Counted from the stretch's first letter, positions 11,752 to 21,310 are shown. The stretch is DNA of 64,000 nt from an uncultured Actinomycetes bacterium (GCA_963727235.1 CAVSFZ010000017.1:9407-73406), one strand, 5' to 3'. The notes: generated from the letters alone by a model not told the origin. Made by a program: numbers and translations.

Positions 11752-12255
11752 ATGGCAGCACTCGACGACGGATACGTGATCCCCGCGGGGGCCAAGATCG
11801 GCCACGTCCACCTGAAGGTGGCCGACATCGACCGCTCGCTCGACTTCTACTGCGGCATCCTCGGATTCGAGCTGCAGGCCCGGATGGGGCCGGCCGCCGC
11901 GTTCATCAGCGCCGGCGGCTATCACCACCACATCGGCCTGAACACCTGGGAGTCGCGCGGCGGCCCACCGCCCCCGCGGGGCACCACCGGGCTCTTCCAC
12001 ACCGCTGTGCTCTACCCCACCCGGCGCGAGCTGGCGGTGGCGCTCACGCGTCTGCGGGATGCCAACTGGCCGCTGACCGGCGCCAGCGACCACGGCGTCA
12101 GCGAAGCGCTCTACCTGAACGACCCCGATCAGAACGGCGTCGAGCTCTACTGGGACCGGCCGCGCGACCAGTGGCCCAAGGCCGACGAGGACAACCAGAT
12201 CCCGATGTTCACGGCGCCGCTCGACCTGGCCGACCTCCTGCGCGAAGCCGAGTAG
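11752..12255 (+). CDS. VOC (glyoxalase/bleomycin-resistance/dioxygenase) family protein
   Basis: IGHVHLKVADIDRSLDFYCGILGFEL...GGYHHHIGLNTW...SEALYLNDPDQNGVELY. Confidence 0.8.
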   Translation: MAALDDGYVIPAGAKIGHVHLKVADIDRSLDFYCGILGFELQARMGPAAAFISAGGYHHHIGLNTWESRGGPPPPRGTTGLFHTAVLYPTRRELAVALTRLRDANWPLTGASDHGVSEALYLNDPDQNGVELYWDRPRDQWPKADEDNQIPMFTAPLDLADLLREAE

Positions 12256-12284
12256 CTCCGGATCCCGGCGGTGTTCGTGCTCGC

Positions 12285-12335
12285 TTGACCGACTGTATTC
12301 AACCTGATAGTTTAGAACTCTACGGTTGAATACAG
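12285..12335 (+). promoter_or_regulatory. promoter TTGACC-17-TAGTTT overlapped by a 12-19-12 inverted repeat (probable ArsR-family operator)
   Basis: -35 at 12285-12290 and -10 at 12308-12313. CTGTATTCAACC (12293-12304) is the perfect inverted repeat of GGTTGAATACAG (12324-12335). SD AGGAG and the arsR-like ATG at 12343 follow. Confidence 0.55.
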
Positions 12336-12342
12336 GAGCTCG

Positions 12343-12696
12343 ATGCCCACCGATCAACTCAGCAGAACGTTCGCGGCCCTCGCCGACCCGACCAGGCGGG
12401 CGATGCTCACCCGCCTCTCCCAGGGCGAGGCCACCGTCGGTCAGCTGGCCGCCCCCTTCGACATGAGCTTTGCGGCGGTGTCCAAGCACCTGCGGGTGCT
12501 CGAGCACGCCGGCCTGGTCAGCCGGGGCCGCGACGCCCAGTACCGGCCGGCCCACCTCGAGGCGCGGCCGCTGGCCGCGGCATCCGAGTGGATCGGCGAC
12601 TACGCCCGCTTCTGGGGGGGCAACGTGGACGCGCTCGGCAGCTACCTGGAAACGCTTCAGCAACCACCCACACGCAAGGAGAACACCGATGACTGA
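12343..12696 (+). CDS. ArsR/SmtB family transcriptional regulator
   Basis: FAALADPTRRAMLTRLSQGEATVGQLAAPFDMSFAAVSKHLRVLEHAGLV, a winged HTH of the ArsR family. Confidence 0.9.
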   Translation: MPTDQLSRTFAALADPTRRAMLTRLSQGEATVGQLAAPFDMSFAAVSKHLRVLEHAGLVSRGRDAQYRPAHLEARPLAAASEWIGDYARFWGGNVDALGSYLETLQQPPTRKENTDD

Positions 12697-13141
12697 GGGA
12701 CTGACCATCACCCGCACCTTCGCGGCCCCACGCGAGCTCGTGTGGGAGGCCTGGACGCGGCCCGAGCACTTCTCCCGGTGGTTCGGCACCGAGGCCCTGG
12801 CCGTGCCGCTGGAGACGCTCTCGATGGACGTGCGCGTCGGCGGGGCATGGCACGCGATCATGCACCTCCCCGACGGCGGCGCGATCGACTGGCACGGCCA
12901 GTACACCGAGGTCGACCCGCCCGCGCGGCTGGCCCTGACCATGAGCGACGTCGCCGCAAGCGACGCCTACGAGCCCGTCACCGTGGACCTGGTGGAGGTC
13001 GACGGCGGCACCGAGATGACGCTCACCCAGACCGGTGGCCACCTGACCGAGGAGCAGTACGCACAGACGGTGATCGGCTACAACGGCTTCTTCGACGACA
13101 TGGAGAAGCTGCTCGCCGCCGAGATCGAACTGTCTCGCTAG
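12689..13141 (+). CDS. SRPBCC/AHSA1 (activator of Hsp90 ATPase-like) domain protein
   Basis: Start is trimmed to the ATG at 12689, overlapping the arsR stop by 8 nt. Sequence begins MTEGLTITRTFAAPRELVWEAWTRPEHFSRWFG. Confidence 0.85.
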   Translation: MTEGLTITRTFAAPRELVWEAWTRPEHFSRWFGTEALAVPLETLSMDVRVGGAWHAIMHLPDGGAIDWHGQYTEVDPPARLALTMSDVAASDAYEPVTVDLVEVDGGTEMTLTQTGGHLTEEQYAQTVIGYNGFFDDMEKLLAAEIELSR

Positions 13142-13921
13142 CTATTCGGTCTGGAGCGACCAGGCCTCGATCTCTGCGATCGCCGACTGGCTGGTGAGGT
13201 CGAGGTGCACCGGCGTGACCGAGATCAGACCGCGCGCAATCGCCTCGAAGTCGGTGCCCTCCTCGTCGTGATACGAAGGGTCGTCGCCGTAGATGCTGTA
13301 ACGGCGGCGGCCCTCGGAGTCTGACTCGAGCTCCAGCCGGTCGCGGTAGATGCGCCGGCCCAGCCGTCCCACGGCGACGCCCTTGAGCGGCGGCGGGGGG
13401 ACGTTCACGTTGAGGATCGTGCGCGGCGGCAGACCGCGGCTTGCGACCTGCTCCACCAGGCTTCGCAGAAACCTCGCCCCCGGTGCAAAGTCGTACAGCT
13501 CGCGGCGCTTGAAGTCGACCTTCTGATCGACGCTCTGCTGCGAGATGGCGATCCCCGGGATGCCGAGCACGATGCCCTCGAAGGCGGCGGCGACGGTGCC
13601 CGAGTAGGTGACGTCGTCGCCCAGGTTGACGCCGTAGTTGATGCCCGAGACGATTAGATCGGGCCGCTCACCAACCAGGCCCAGGTCGGCGAACCGGACG
13701 CAGTCGACCGGCGTGCCGTCGGTGGCATAGCCGATGCTGCCGTCGCGCAACTCGACCTCGGTGATCGTCAGCGAGCGGGTGATCGTGATCGCCCGGCCGA
13801 TGGCGCTGCGGTTGGAATCCGGCGCGATCACCGCCACCTCGGCGATCTCGTCCAGCGCCAGCTTGGCCTCGAAGAGGCCCCGCGACGTGATCCCGTCGTC
13901 GTTGGTGAGAAGAATCTTCAT
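13142..13921 (-). CDS. surE: 5'/3'-nucleotidase SurE
   Basis: MKILLTNDDGITSRGL...GINYGVNLGDDVTYSGTVAAA. Confidence 0.9.
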   Translation of the reverse strand: MKILLTNDDGITSRGLFEAKLALDEIAEVAVIAPDSNRSAIGRAITITRSLTITEVELRDGSIGYATDGTPVDCVRFADLGLVGERPDLIVSGINYGVNLGDDVTYSGTVAAAFEGIVLGIPGIAISQQSVDQKVDFKRRELYDFAPGARFLRSLVEQVASRGLPPRTILNVNVPPPPLKGVAVGRLGRRIYRDRLELESDSEGRRRYSIYGDDPSYHDEEGTDFEAIARGLISVTPVHLDLTSQSAIAEIEAWSLQTE

Positions 13922-13929
13922 GCGTATCG

Positions 13930-13960
13930 TGAATAAAAGGTGCCTGGCACCTTTTATTCA
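13930..13960. repeat. palindromic repeat, copy b: TGAATAAAAGGTGCC-T-GGCACCTTTTATTCA
   Basis: Perfect 15+15 nt palindrome, identical to copy f. It contains the truA stop codon (13954-13956) and lies 9 nt upstream of the surE start. Confidence 0.9.
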
Positions 13961-14712
13961 TACCCCACGCTGAGGAGGGTGAGGCCGTGGGGAGGGGCGG
14001 TGCGGCCGGCGGCGGAGCGGGGCGCGCCGGCGGCCAGGCGCAGGAACAGCTCGGGGTCGGGGCGCTCCAGCATCGTGCCCATCACCACCCGCACCATGTG
14101 GCGCAGAAACGAGTCGGCGGTGATGTGGAACTCCAGCCGGTCACCCACCCTGCGCCACTCCGCCTCGTACACGGTGCGCTCGAAGTAGGTGTGCTTGGTC
14201 TCGCTGGGCGTGAACGCGCTGAAGTCGTGCTTTCCCAGAAGCGCCGCCGCGCACGCCGACAGCACGTCCAGGTCGATCCGGTGGGGATGGTGAAGCTCGA
14301 ACCGGCGGCGCAGCGGGTCGGCCACCCGGCCCGGGTTGATGCGATACACGTAGCTGCGTGAGCGGGCCTGGGCGCGGGCGTCGAAGCCGGGCGCCTCGGC
14401 CACCGCCGTCACCGCCACGTCGGGCGGCAGCCGCGAGCTGATCGCCTGGGCCGGCAAGAGCCGCGGCAACGCCACCGAGACGACGTTTGCGGCAGCGTGC
14501 ACACCTTTGTCGGTACGCCCCGCCACCGAAAGCGCCGCCGGCTCGACGCCCACCGCCTCGGCCAGCACGCCGCACACAGTCCGCAGCCCCGGCTGCACCG
14601 CCCACCCGGAGAACTCGGTGCCGTCGTAGGCGACGGTCAGCCGCAGATCAAGGCTGGTGGTCGACGAACTCCAAGTACACCATCGGGGCGGCGTCGCCCT
14701 GACGGGGGCCAA
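13954..14712 (-). CDS. truA: tRNA pseudouridine(38-40) synthase TruA
   Basis: [20 protein letters not shown] and the GRTDKGVHA catalytic motif. The ATG at 14712 overlaps rplQ by 65 nt, so the true start may be internal or non-canonical. Confidence 0.85.
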   Translation of the reverse strand: MAPVRATPPRWCTWSSSTTSLDLRLTVAYDGTEFSGWAVQPGLRTVCGVLAEAVGVEPAALSVAGRTDKGVHAAANVVSVALPRLLPAQAISSRLPPDVAVTAVAEAPGFDARAQARSRSYVYRINPGRVADPLRRRFELHHPHRIDLDVLSACAAALLGKHDFSAFTPSETKHTYFERTVYEAEWRRVGDRLEFHITADSFLRHMVRVVMGTMLERPDPELFLRLAAGAPRSAAGRTAPPHGLTLLSVGYE

Positions 14713-15016
14713 GCTTGACGATGCGGGTGTAGCCGCCGGGCCGCTCGGTGAACCGGGGAGCGACCTGGTGGAACAGGTTGTGAACCGCGTCCTTGGAACG
14801 TAGGAAGGCGACCGCCTGGCGCTGCGCCTGGACGTCGGTTGCGTCCTTGCGCGCGAGCGTGATCAGCTTCTCGGCGATCGGCCGCAGCTCCTTGGCCTTG
14901 GCCTCGGTCGTGCGGATCCGGCCGTGCTCGAACAGGGCGCCCGCCATGTTCGAGTAGAGCGCCTTACGGTGCGAGGCGTCGCGGCCCAGCTTCCGTCCTT
15001 TGCGCTGATGCCTCAC
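14648..15016 (-). CDS. rplQ: 50S ribosomal protein L17
   Basis: [25 protein letters not shown]; it follows rpoA. Confidence 0.95.
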   Translation of the reverse strand: MRHQRKGRKLGRDASHRKALYSNMAGALFEHGRIRTTEAKAKELRPIAEKLITLARKDATDVQAQRQAVAFLRSKDAVHNLFHQVAPRFTERPGGYTRIVKLGPRQGDAAPMVYLEFVDHQP

Positions 15017-15960
15017 TCAGACCCCTTCAGGTTGAGCCCGTGAGTGGCCAGCGTCTCCTTCACCTCTTCGATCGACTTCTTGCCGAAGTTCGGGATCGCC
15101 GCCAGCTCGGCCTCGCTCTTGGCGAGCAGGTCGCCGATCGTCTCGATGCCGACGCGCTTGAGGCAGTTGTAGCTGCGCACACCCAGCTCGAGCTCCTCGA
15201 TCAGGATGTTCTCCATCCCGTGCGCGCTGGGAACCGCCGCCTCCGCGCCGGTCGTCTCCGGCCGCAGGGCCAGATCAGCCGCGTCGATGTCGGTGAAGAT
15301 CGACAGGTACTTGATCAGCAGCTCGGCCGCGTCCTTGACCGCGTCCTTGGGCGTCATCGAGCCGTCGGTGGTGATCTCCAGCTTGAGCTTGTCGAAGTCG
15401 GTGCGCTGACCGACGCGCGCCGGATCAACGTCGTACTGGACACGCCGAACGGGCGAGAAGATCGAGTCGACCGGGATCACACCGATGGTGGTCTCCGGGC
15501 CCTTGTTGCCCTCGGCCGGCACGTAGCCGCGGCCGCGGGCGATGGTCAGCGTCATCTCGAACCGGGCACCCTCGGCGAGATGGCAGATGACCAGGTCGGG
15601 ATTGAGGATCTCGAGATCGGCCGGGGCCTCGATGTCAGAGGCCTTGACCGTGCCGGGACCGTCCTTCTGCACCTGCACCTCGACCTCGCCCGACTCGCCG
15701 TGCAGGCGGCAGATGAGGCCCTTGAGGTTGAGGATGACATCGATCACGTCCTCGCGCACGCCGGGCACCGACGTGAACTCGTGGGCGACGCCTTCGATCT
15801 TGACCGACGTGACGGCGGCCCCCTCGAGCGACGACAGGAGCACCCGCCTCAGGCTGTTGCCGAAGGTGTAGCCGAAGCCGCGATCGAGCGGCTCGACGAC
15901 GAAGGTACCGATCGTCTGATCGGCATCCTCGGAGGTGATCTTGGGAATGAAATCAAGCAT
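15013..15960 (-). CDS. rpoA: DNA-directed RNA polymerase subunit alpha
   Basis: 315 aa. [17 protein letters not shown] and a C-terminal domain [22 protein letters not shown]. Confidence 0.95.
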   Translation of the reverse strand: MLDFIPKITSEDADQTIGTFVVEPLDRGFGYTFGNSLRRVLLSSLEGAAVTSVKIEGVAHEFTSVPGVREDVIDVILNLKGLICRLHGESGEVEVQVQKDGPGTVKASDIEAPADLEILNPDLVICHLAEGARFEMTLTIARGRGYVPAEGNKGPETTIGVIPVDSIFSPVRRVQYDVDPARVGQRTDFDKLKLEITTDGSMTPKDAVKDAAELLIKYLSIFTDIDAADLALRPETTGAEAAVPSAHGMENILIEELELGVRSYNCLKRVGIETIGDLLAKSEAELAAIPNFGKKSIEEVKETLATHGLNLKGSE

Positions 15961-16026
15961 GTGTGCGGACTCGCTTCTGTCGGAACACGCGCCCCCGGGC
16001 CGATCCCGGGCGGCGTGGATGTCGGA

Positions 16027-16647
16027 TCACTTGCTGTAGTACTCGACGATCAGCTGCTCCTGCACCGGAGTGTCGATGTCGACCCGGTCAGGCAGTCGCA
16101 GCACCTTGCCGGTGAGATTGTCGTGGTCGGCCTGAAGCCACGGCGCGACGGAGGCCGTCAGGTCGGTGGCGTCGGTCACGACGCTCTTGGCGGGCGACCC
16201 CGACCGCAGACTTACCACGTCGTCTGGCGCCACCTGGTAGGAGGGGATATTGACCTTCTTGCCGTTGACCACAAAGTGGTTGTGCCGCACCAGCTGGCGG
16301 GCCTGGGTGCGGGACGCCGCAAAGCCCAGCCGGTAGACGACGTTATCGAGGCGCATCTCGAGCATCCGCAGGAAGTTCTCGCCGGTGATCCCGCTGCGCT
16401 TGGAAGACTTCTCGTAGTAGGTGCGAAACTGGCTCTCGAGCACGCCGTAGTAGCGGCGCATCTTCTGCTTCTCGCGCAGCTGCAGCAGATACTCGGACTG
16501 CTTGATGCGGCCGCGGCCGTGCTCTCCGGGCGGATAGGCCCGGCGCTCGATGGCGCACTTCTCGGTGAGGCAGCGCTCGCCCTTCAAGAACAGCTTCATG
16601 TTCTCTCGGCGGCACTGCTTGCACTTGGGGGCGATCATCCGAGCCAT
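16027..16647 (-). CDS. rpsD: 30S ribosomal protein S4
   Basis: Start is trimmed to the ATG at 16647 ([26 protein letters not shown]). It has a TAATG overlap with the rpsK stop. Confidence 0.9.
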   Translation of the reverse strand: MARMIAPKCKQCRRENMKLFLKGERCLTEKCAIERRAYPPGEHGRGRIKQSEYLLQLREKQKMRRYYGVLESQFRTYYEKSSKRSGITGENFLRMLEMRLDNVVYRLGFAASRTQARQLVRHNHFVVNGKKVNIPSYQVAPDDVVSLRSGSPAKSVVTDATDLTASVAPWLQADHDNLTGKVLRLPDRVDIDTPVQEQLIVEYYSK

Positions 16648-17054
16648 TAGACGCGCCGCCGCTTTCGCTGTCGCACGCCGTTGTGGGCCTGCGGGGTGAC
16701 GTCCTTGACGCCCAGAATCTCCAGCCCCGCCGCCTGCAGCGAGCGGATCGCCGTCTCTCGCCCCGAGCCGGGCCCCTTGACGAACACCTCGACCTTCTGC
16801 AGGCCGTGCTCCATGCCCTCGCGCGCAGCTGCGTCGGCGGTCACCTGAGCGGCGAACGGCGTCGACTTGCGCGACCCCTTGAAGCCCACCGCGCCGGCGC
16901 TCTTCCACACGATCACTCCGCCGTCCTTATCGGTCAGCGCGACAAGGGTGTTGTTGAACGACGTCTTGATGTGCGCCTGGCCGATGGCGATGTTCTTGCG
17001 GGCCTTGCGGCGTACCCGTCCTCGGGTGCCGCCTCTGCGTGGTGCTGGAGGCAT
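16647..17054 (-). CDS. rpsK: 30S ribosomal protein S11
   Basis: [18 protein letters not shown]...[14 protein letters not shown]. Confidence 0.95.
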   Translation of the reverse strand: MPPAPRRGGTRGRVRRKARKNIAIGQAHIKTSFNNTLVALTDKDGGVIVWKSAGAVGFKGSRKSTPFAAQVTADAAAREGMEHGLQKVEVFVKGPGSGRETAIRSLQAAGLEILGVKDVTPQAHNGVRQRKRRRV

Positions 17055-17069
17055 TCAGTCCTTTCCTGA

Positions 17070-17444
17070 CTACTTCTTGCTGCGCTGCTTACCGACGGTC
17101 TTCTTGGGCCCCTTGCGGGTTCGCGCGTTGGTCTTCGTGCGCTGTCCGTGCACGGGCAGACCACGGCGATGCCTGAGACCGCGGTAACAACCGATTTCCA
17201 TAAGTCGCTTGATGTTCTGGGAGCGTTCCCGGCGCAGGTCACCTTCGACCATCAGCTCGGAGTCGATGTGATTGCGCAGGCGGGCGACCTCTTCTTCGGT
17301 CAGGTCGCGCACCTTGGTGTCGGGGTTGAGGTCGAGCTCCTTCAAGACTTTGTTCGAGGTCGAACGGCCGATCCCGAAGATGTACGTGAGACCGATCTCC
17401 ACCCGCTTCTCGCGGGGAATGTTGACGCCGGCGATGCGCGCCAT
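17070..17444 (-). CDS. rpsM: 30S ribosomal protein S13
   Basis: [26 protein letters not shown]. Confidence 0.95.
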   Translation of the reverse strand: MARIAGVNIPREKRVEIGLTYIFGIGRSTSNKVLKELDLNPDTKVRDLTEEEVARLRNHIDSELMVEGDLRRERSQNIKRLMEIGCYRGLRHRRGLPVHGQRTKTNARTRKGPKKTVGKQRSKK

Positions 17445-17557
17445 CAGCCCTGCCTCTGCTTATGCCGAGGGTTGGTGCAGATGACCAGCACGTTGCCGTG
17501 GCGGCGGATGATGCGGCACTTTTCACACATGCGACGTACGCTCGGTCGAACCTTCAA
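17444..17557 (-). CDS. rpmJ: 50S ribosomal protein L36
   Basis: It is not in the ORF track. Hand-translated as (TTG)[44 protein letters not shown] lies upstream, and the stop shares one base with the rpsM ATG. Confidence 0.85.
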   Translation of the reverse strand: MKVRPSVRRMCEKCRIIRRHGNVLVICTNPRHKQRQG

Positions 17558-17633
17558 CGAGGGGCCTCCGATTGAAAGGATGATCGCCCACGGGGCACGC
17601 CGAAGCAGCCCGCGCGAGCAGCGAAGAACTCTA

Positions 17634-18407
17634 TCATTGACCGCTCGTTTCCTGCACCGGTACCCGTCGAGTGAGCACCCGGGGACCGTTCTTGGTGATG
17701 GCCACGGTGTGCTCGCAGTGAGCCGCCAGGCTGCCGTCTCTGGTGTAGATCGCCCAGCCGTCGTCGCCGCCCTCGACGTCGTAGTCCCCCACCGTGATCA
17801 TCGGCTCGATCGCAAAGACCATGCCCTCGGCCAATTTGGGGCCTCGGCCGGGAGGTCCGTAGTTGGGGATCTGCGGCTCCTCGTGCATGGTGCGACCGAC
17901 CCCGTGGCCGACCAGCGTGCGCACCACACCGAACCCGCGCTCCTCCACCACCGACTGCACCGCGTGGGAAATATCGCCCAGACGGTTCCCGGCGCGGCAC
18001 TGCTCGATGGCCGCCTCCAGCCCCGCGTAGCAGGCGTCGATCAGATCGTTGGCCTCAGGCGTGCCCTCGCCGATGGTGATGGTGATGGCCGAGTCGGCCA
18101 CGAAGCCGTCCAGCGTCACCCCCACGTCAAGCGAGAGCAGATCGCCGGGCTCGAGCGCGTAGGGGCCGGGGATGCCGTGCACGACCATGGCGTTGGGCGA
18201 CGCGCAGATCGACCCGGGGAAGCCCCGGAAGCCCTTGAACGACGGCACGCCGCCGCGGCTGCGGATGTGCGCCTCGGCCAGCTCGTCGAGCTCGAGCAGC
18301 GTCACGCCCGGCTGGGCTTCGCGCTCCAGCAGGGTGAGCGTCTCGGCCACCACCTCACCGGCCCGGGCCATCGTCTCGACCTCGCGGTCTGACTTGCGAA
18401 TGATCAT
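17634..18407 (-). CDS. map: type I methionine aminopeptidase
   Basis: Start is trimmed to the ATG at 18407 ([17 protein letters not shown]). It has an ATGA overlap with adk and metal-ligand blocks [17 protein letters not shown] and EPM. Confidence 0.9.
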   Translation of the reverse strand: MIIRKSDREVETMARAGEVVAETLTLLEREAQPGVTLLELDELAEAHIRSRGGVPSFKGFRGFPGSICASPNAMVVHGIPGPYALEPGDLLSLDVGVTLDGFVADSAITITIGEGTPEANDLIDACYAGLEAAIEQCRAGNRLGDISHAVQSVVEERGFGVVRTLVGHGVGRTMHEEPQIPNYGPPGRGPKLAEGMVFAIEPMITVGDYDVEGGDDGWAIYTRDGSLAAHCEHTVAITKNGPRVLTRRVPVQETSGQ

Positions 18408-19069
18408 CCGTGCCTCAGCTTCAACACGATCGCGTCGACCTCCGCGGCCACCTGATCGGCCGGCTTGCCGGCATCGACGTCCGTAACCAGGCCGCGTTCG
18501 CGGTAGTAGCTCAGCACCGGAGCGGCCGCCTCGACCCACTGCTTCTGATAGCGCGACCGGATCACCTCGGGCTTGTCGTCCTCGCGCTGGTACAGCTCGG
18601 ACCCGTCGAGGTCACACACGCCGGGCGTGGCCGGCGGCTTGGACTCGAGGTGGTACACATGCTCGGCCTCCCGGCAGACGGCGCGACCGGACAGCCGCGA
18701 GACCAGCTGCTCCAGCTCGACGTCGAACGCGAGCACCTGGGATATGCCGCGGTGGAGGCCTTTGAGCATCTCGTCCAGCGACGCGGCCTGGGCCTCGGTG
18801 CGGGGAAAGCCGTCCAGCAGAAACCCGTGTGAGGTGTCGTCGTGCTCCAGGCGGTCGCGGATCAGGCCGATCATGACGTCGTCGGGCACAAGGTCGCCGC
18901 GAGCCATGATCTCCTTGGCCTGGAGACCGAGCGGCGTGCCCGCCCGCACCGCCGAGCGCAGGATGTCACCGGTGGCGATGTGATCCATCTCGAACTGGTC
19001 CACCAGCCGCTGTGCCTGAGTGCCCTTGCCCGCTCCCGGCGGTCCCATGAGAATCAAGTCGAGCGGCAT
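18404..19069 (-). CDS. adk: adenylate kinase
   Basis: GPPGAGKGTQA P-loop and GFLLDGFPRT. Confidence 0.95.
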   Translation of the reverse strand: MPLDLILMGPPGAGKGTQAQRLVDQFEMDHIATGDILRSAVRAGTPLGLQAKEIMARGDLVPDDVMIGLIRDRLEHDDTSHGFLLDGFPRTEAQAASLDEMLKGLHRGISQVLAFDVELEQLVSRLSGRAVCREAEHVYHLESKPPATPGVCDLDGSELYQREDDKPEVIRSRYQKQWVEAAAPVLSYYRERGLVTDVDAGKPADQVAAEVDAIVLKLRHG

Positions 19070-19073
19070 GTGA

Positions 19074-20354
19074 CTACTTCAAGAAGCCCTGGTAGGAACG
19101 CTGGGCCAGCTGCGCCTCGATCTGGCGCATGGTGTCGATGGCAACGCCCACGACGATCAGCACCGTGGTGCCGCCCAGCGCTCGCGAGGTCGCCTGTGAG
19201 AACCCGCCGTAGCGGATGAAGAGGGACGGCAGCACCGCCACCGCGGCCAGGAACGCACCGCCGGCCACCGTCAGCCGCACCAGCACCGACTCCAGGTACT
19301 GGGCCGTCGGTCTGCCCGGACGGATGCCGGGAATGAAACCTCCGGCCTTCTTCAGGTTGTCGGCCTGCTCGATCGAGTTGAACACGACCGCCACGTAGAA
19401 GAACGTGAAGGCAAAGATCAGGAACGCCTCTCCCAGCAGGAACGGCCAGCCGCCGGGCGAGAAGAACGCCGCCATGTCGTGGGCCACGTTGAACGGCATC
19501 AGCTGGGCGATGGTGGCCGGGAAGGCCATGATCGCGGCGGCAAAGATCACCGGGATCACGCCGGCCATGTTGATCCGCAGCGGCAGGTAGGTCGACCCGC
19601 CGGAGGTCATCCGGCGGCCCACCATGCGCTTGGCGTACTGGATCGGGATCTTGCGGATGCCCTCCTGCACGTACACCACCGCCAGCACGATCAGGAAGAT
19701 CACCACAGGCAGCGACAGCTTCTCGAAGCTCGAGCCGTTCCACCACGCATTTATGGCCGCCGGTGCGCTGGTCAGGATCGAGGCAAAGATCAGCAGCGAC
19801 ATGCCGTTGCCGATGCCGCGCTGGGTGACCAGCTCGCCCATCCACATCAGCATGGTCGCGCCCACCGTGAGCGTCATGGTCACCAGGATCACGTTGCCGG
19901 TGTTGAAGGTCACCAGGCTGCCGGTGGTGCCGGACGTGCCCAGCGCGCCCGAGTGGAACGCGTAGGTGTAGCCAAGGCCCTGCAGCGCCGCCAGGGCGAC
20001 GGTCAGATACCGGGTGTACTGCGTGATCCGCCGCTGGCCCAGCTCGCCTTCCTTCTGCAGCGCCTGGAGATTGGCCGACACCGGTGTCAGCACCTGCAGG
20101 ATGATCGACGCGGTGATGTAGGGCATGATCCCCAGCGCGAACAGGCTCAGCCGCGACAACCCGCCGCCGGAGAACACCGACAGCAGGCTGTAGATCCCGC
20201 CCTGGTTTGCCAGCGAACTGGCCAGCGCCGACGAGTCGACGCCCGGAGAGGGGATGAAGCTGCCGAACCGGTAGACAGCCAAGATGAACGCCGTGAACAG
20301 CAGCTTCGTGCGAAGCTCTGGCGTTCTCCATGCATTGACGAGTGTTGCCAGCAT
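19074..20354 (-). CDS. secY: preprotein translocase subunit SecY
   Basis: 426 aa, 10 TM pattern, LFALGIMPYITASII. Confidence 0.95.
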   Translation of the reverse strand: MLATLVNAWRTPELRTKLLFTAFILAVYRFGSFIPSPGVDSSALASSLANQGGIYSLLSVFSGGGLSRLSLFALGIMPYITASIILQVLTPVSANLQALQKEGELGQRRITQYTRYLTVALAALQGLGYTYAFHSGALGTSGTTGSLVTFNTGNVILVTMTLTVGATMLMWMGELVTQRGIGNGMSLLIFASILTSAPAAINAWWNGSSFEKLSLPVVIFLIVLAVVYVQEGIRKIPIQYAKRMVGRRMTSGGSTYLPLRINMAGVIPVIFAAAIMAFPATIAQLMPFNVAHDMAAFFSPGGWPFLLGEAFLIFAFTFFYVAVVFNSIEQADNLKKAGGFIPGIRPGRPTAQYLESVLVRLTVAGGAFLAAVAVLPSLFIRYGGFSQATSRALGGTTVLIVVGVAIDTMRQIEAQLAQRSYQGFLK

Positions 20355-20363
20355 CAGGCCTGC

Positions 20364-21044
20364 CTAGGAAGCGTCGGGGTCAGTCTCAGCCTCGGGTTCG
20401 GATTCGTCCGCCTCGGATACGGGCGGCGCCTCAACTTCGGTTTCGGTTTCGGAGTCGGGCTCGGGTGCGGTCTTGGACTTTGGCTTGGGCTTGGGCTTTG
20501 CGGCGGAGGCGGCCGGCTGCTCGTCGGCAGCGGTCACGGATCCGCCGAACGGGATCACCGTGGCGGTGCCGCCGGCACCCTCGATCAGCTCAATCGCGTG
20601 CTTGGAGAACTTGTGGGCGCGCACCGTCAGCTTCTTGTCCAGCTCACCCGAGCCGAGGATCTTGATCGGATGGCGGAGGTGCTTGATCACGCCGGCGGCC
20701 TTGAGCAGCTCGGGGGTGACTTCGACGCCCGCGTCAAACCGCTCCAGGTCGCGCACGTTCACAGGGATCGTGTGGGTGCGAAACGGCCCCATCGGCATCG
20801 ACTTCTTGTGGTTGGGCCCGCGGAGCTTGCCCAGCCGCATGTACAGCGGCATCTGGCCGCCCTCGAAGCCGGGGCGCATGTTGTGGCTGCCCGAGCGGGA
20901 CTTCTGTCCCTTCTGGCCGCGGCCGGCGGTCTTGCCAGAGCCGGAGCCCGCGCCGCGTCCGATCCGCTTGCGGGCGCGATGGCTGCCCTCGGCCGGCTTC
21001 AGCTCGTGCAGGGTCAGTCCAGGTGTGGTGTCTTCGGGGCTCAC
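20364..21044 (-). CDS. rplO: 50S ribosomal protein L15 with ~75-aa acidic Ala/Pro/Glu C-terminal extension
   Basis: Core is RIGRGAGSGSGKTAGRGQKGQKSRSG. Tail is ...AADEQPAASAAKPKPKPKSKTAPEPDSETETEVEAPPVSEADESEPEAETDPDAS. Confidence 0.9.
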   Translation of the reverse strand: MSPEDTTPGLTLHELKPAEGSHRARKRIGRGAGSGSGKTAGRGQKGQKSRSGSHNMRPGFEGGQMPLYMRLGKLRGPNHKKSMPMGPFRTHTIPVNVRDLERFDAGVEVTPELLKAAGVIKHLRHPIKILGSGELDKKLTVRAHKFSKHAIELIEGAGGTATVIPFGGSVTAADEQPAASAAKPKPKPKSKTAPEPDSETETEVEAPPVSEADESEPEAETDPDAS

Positions 21045-21226
21045 TCAGCCACTTCCTCAATCGTGATCAGGTGGTTGACCTTGCGCAGCATCCCCTGCAG
21101 CGCGGGCGAGTCCTCATGGGTGACGCTGGCCGAGATCCGGCGCAGGCCGAGGGCGCGCATCGTGCCGCGATGCTCGGGTTTGGTGCGGATGGTTCCGCGT
21201 ACCTGGGTGATCTTCAGCTTCGCCAT
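21041..21226 (-). CDS. rpmD: 50S ribosomal protein L30
   Basis: MAKLKITQVRGTIRTKPEHRGTMRALGLRRI. Confidence 0.95.
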   Translation of the reverse strand: MAKLKITQVRGTIRTKPEHRGTMRALGLRRISASVTHEDSPALQGMLRKVNHLITIEEVAE

Positions 21227-21310
21227 CAGGCTTCCTCTGCCTCCGCGGGAGCGTCTTCAGCGGGAGCTTCTTCAGCGGGAGCTCTTCAGCGGGAGCCTCT
21301 TCGCGCGGGC
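21227..21310 (-). repeat. degenerate 15-nt tandem repeat (GAAGARGCTCCCGCT, pentapeptide EEAPA) with 13- and 14-nt units
   Basis: Minus strand reads gaagagcccgcgc | gaagaggctcccgct | gaagagctcccgct | gaagaagctcccgct | gaagacgctcccgcg. It spans the annotated rpsE stop (21286-21288) and the rpsE-rpmD gap. Confidence 0.8.

Noticed and set aside
12293-12335. The shared heptamer GTATTCA between the ArsR operator arms and palindrome copy a suggested the dispersed palindromes might be ArsR-family binding sites.
   Set aside because: Only a 6-7 nt AT-rich word is shared. The invariant GGTGCCTGGCACC core is absent from the ArsR operator. The distance between the outer arms varies between palindrome copies (29 versus 31 nt), which argues against recognition by one rigid dimer.
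13946-13960. The right half of each palindrome (TGGCAC-N5-TTCA/ATTC) resembles the sigma-54 -24/-12 promoter element TGGCAC-N5-TTGC.
   Set aside because: The -12 GC dinucleotide is absent. The match follows from perfect twofold symmetry, so it appears on both strands. Most copies lie 3' of genes. No rpoN or enhancer-binding protein is visible, and as far as I recall the apparent phylum generally lacks sigma-54.
16648-16908. ORF-track N-terminal extensions of several real genes. Examples: rpsD to 16908, rplW to 29371, rpoB to 46691, fusA to 33966, the binding protein to 53950, map to 18539, the GH9 gene from 34227, Nif3 from 4323.
   Set aside because: Each extension overlaps the upstream conserved gene or its promoter and encodes low-information Arg/Gly-rich sequence. 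An internal start with an SD and/or a coupling overlap reproduces the canonical N-terminus.
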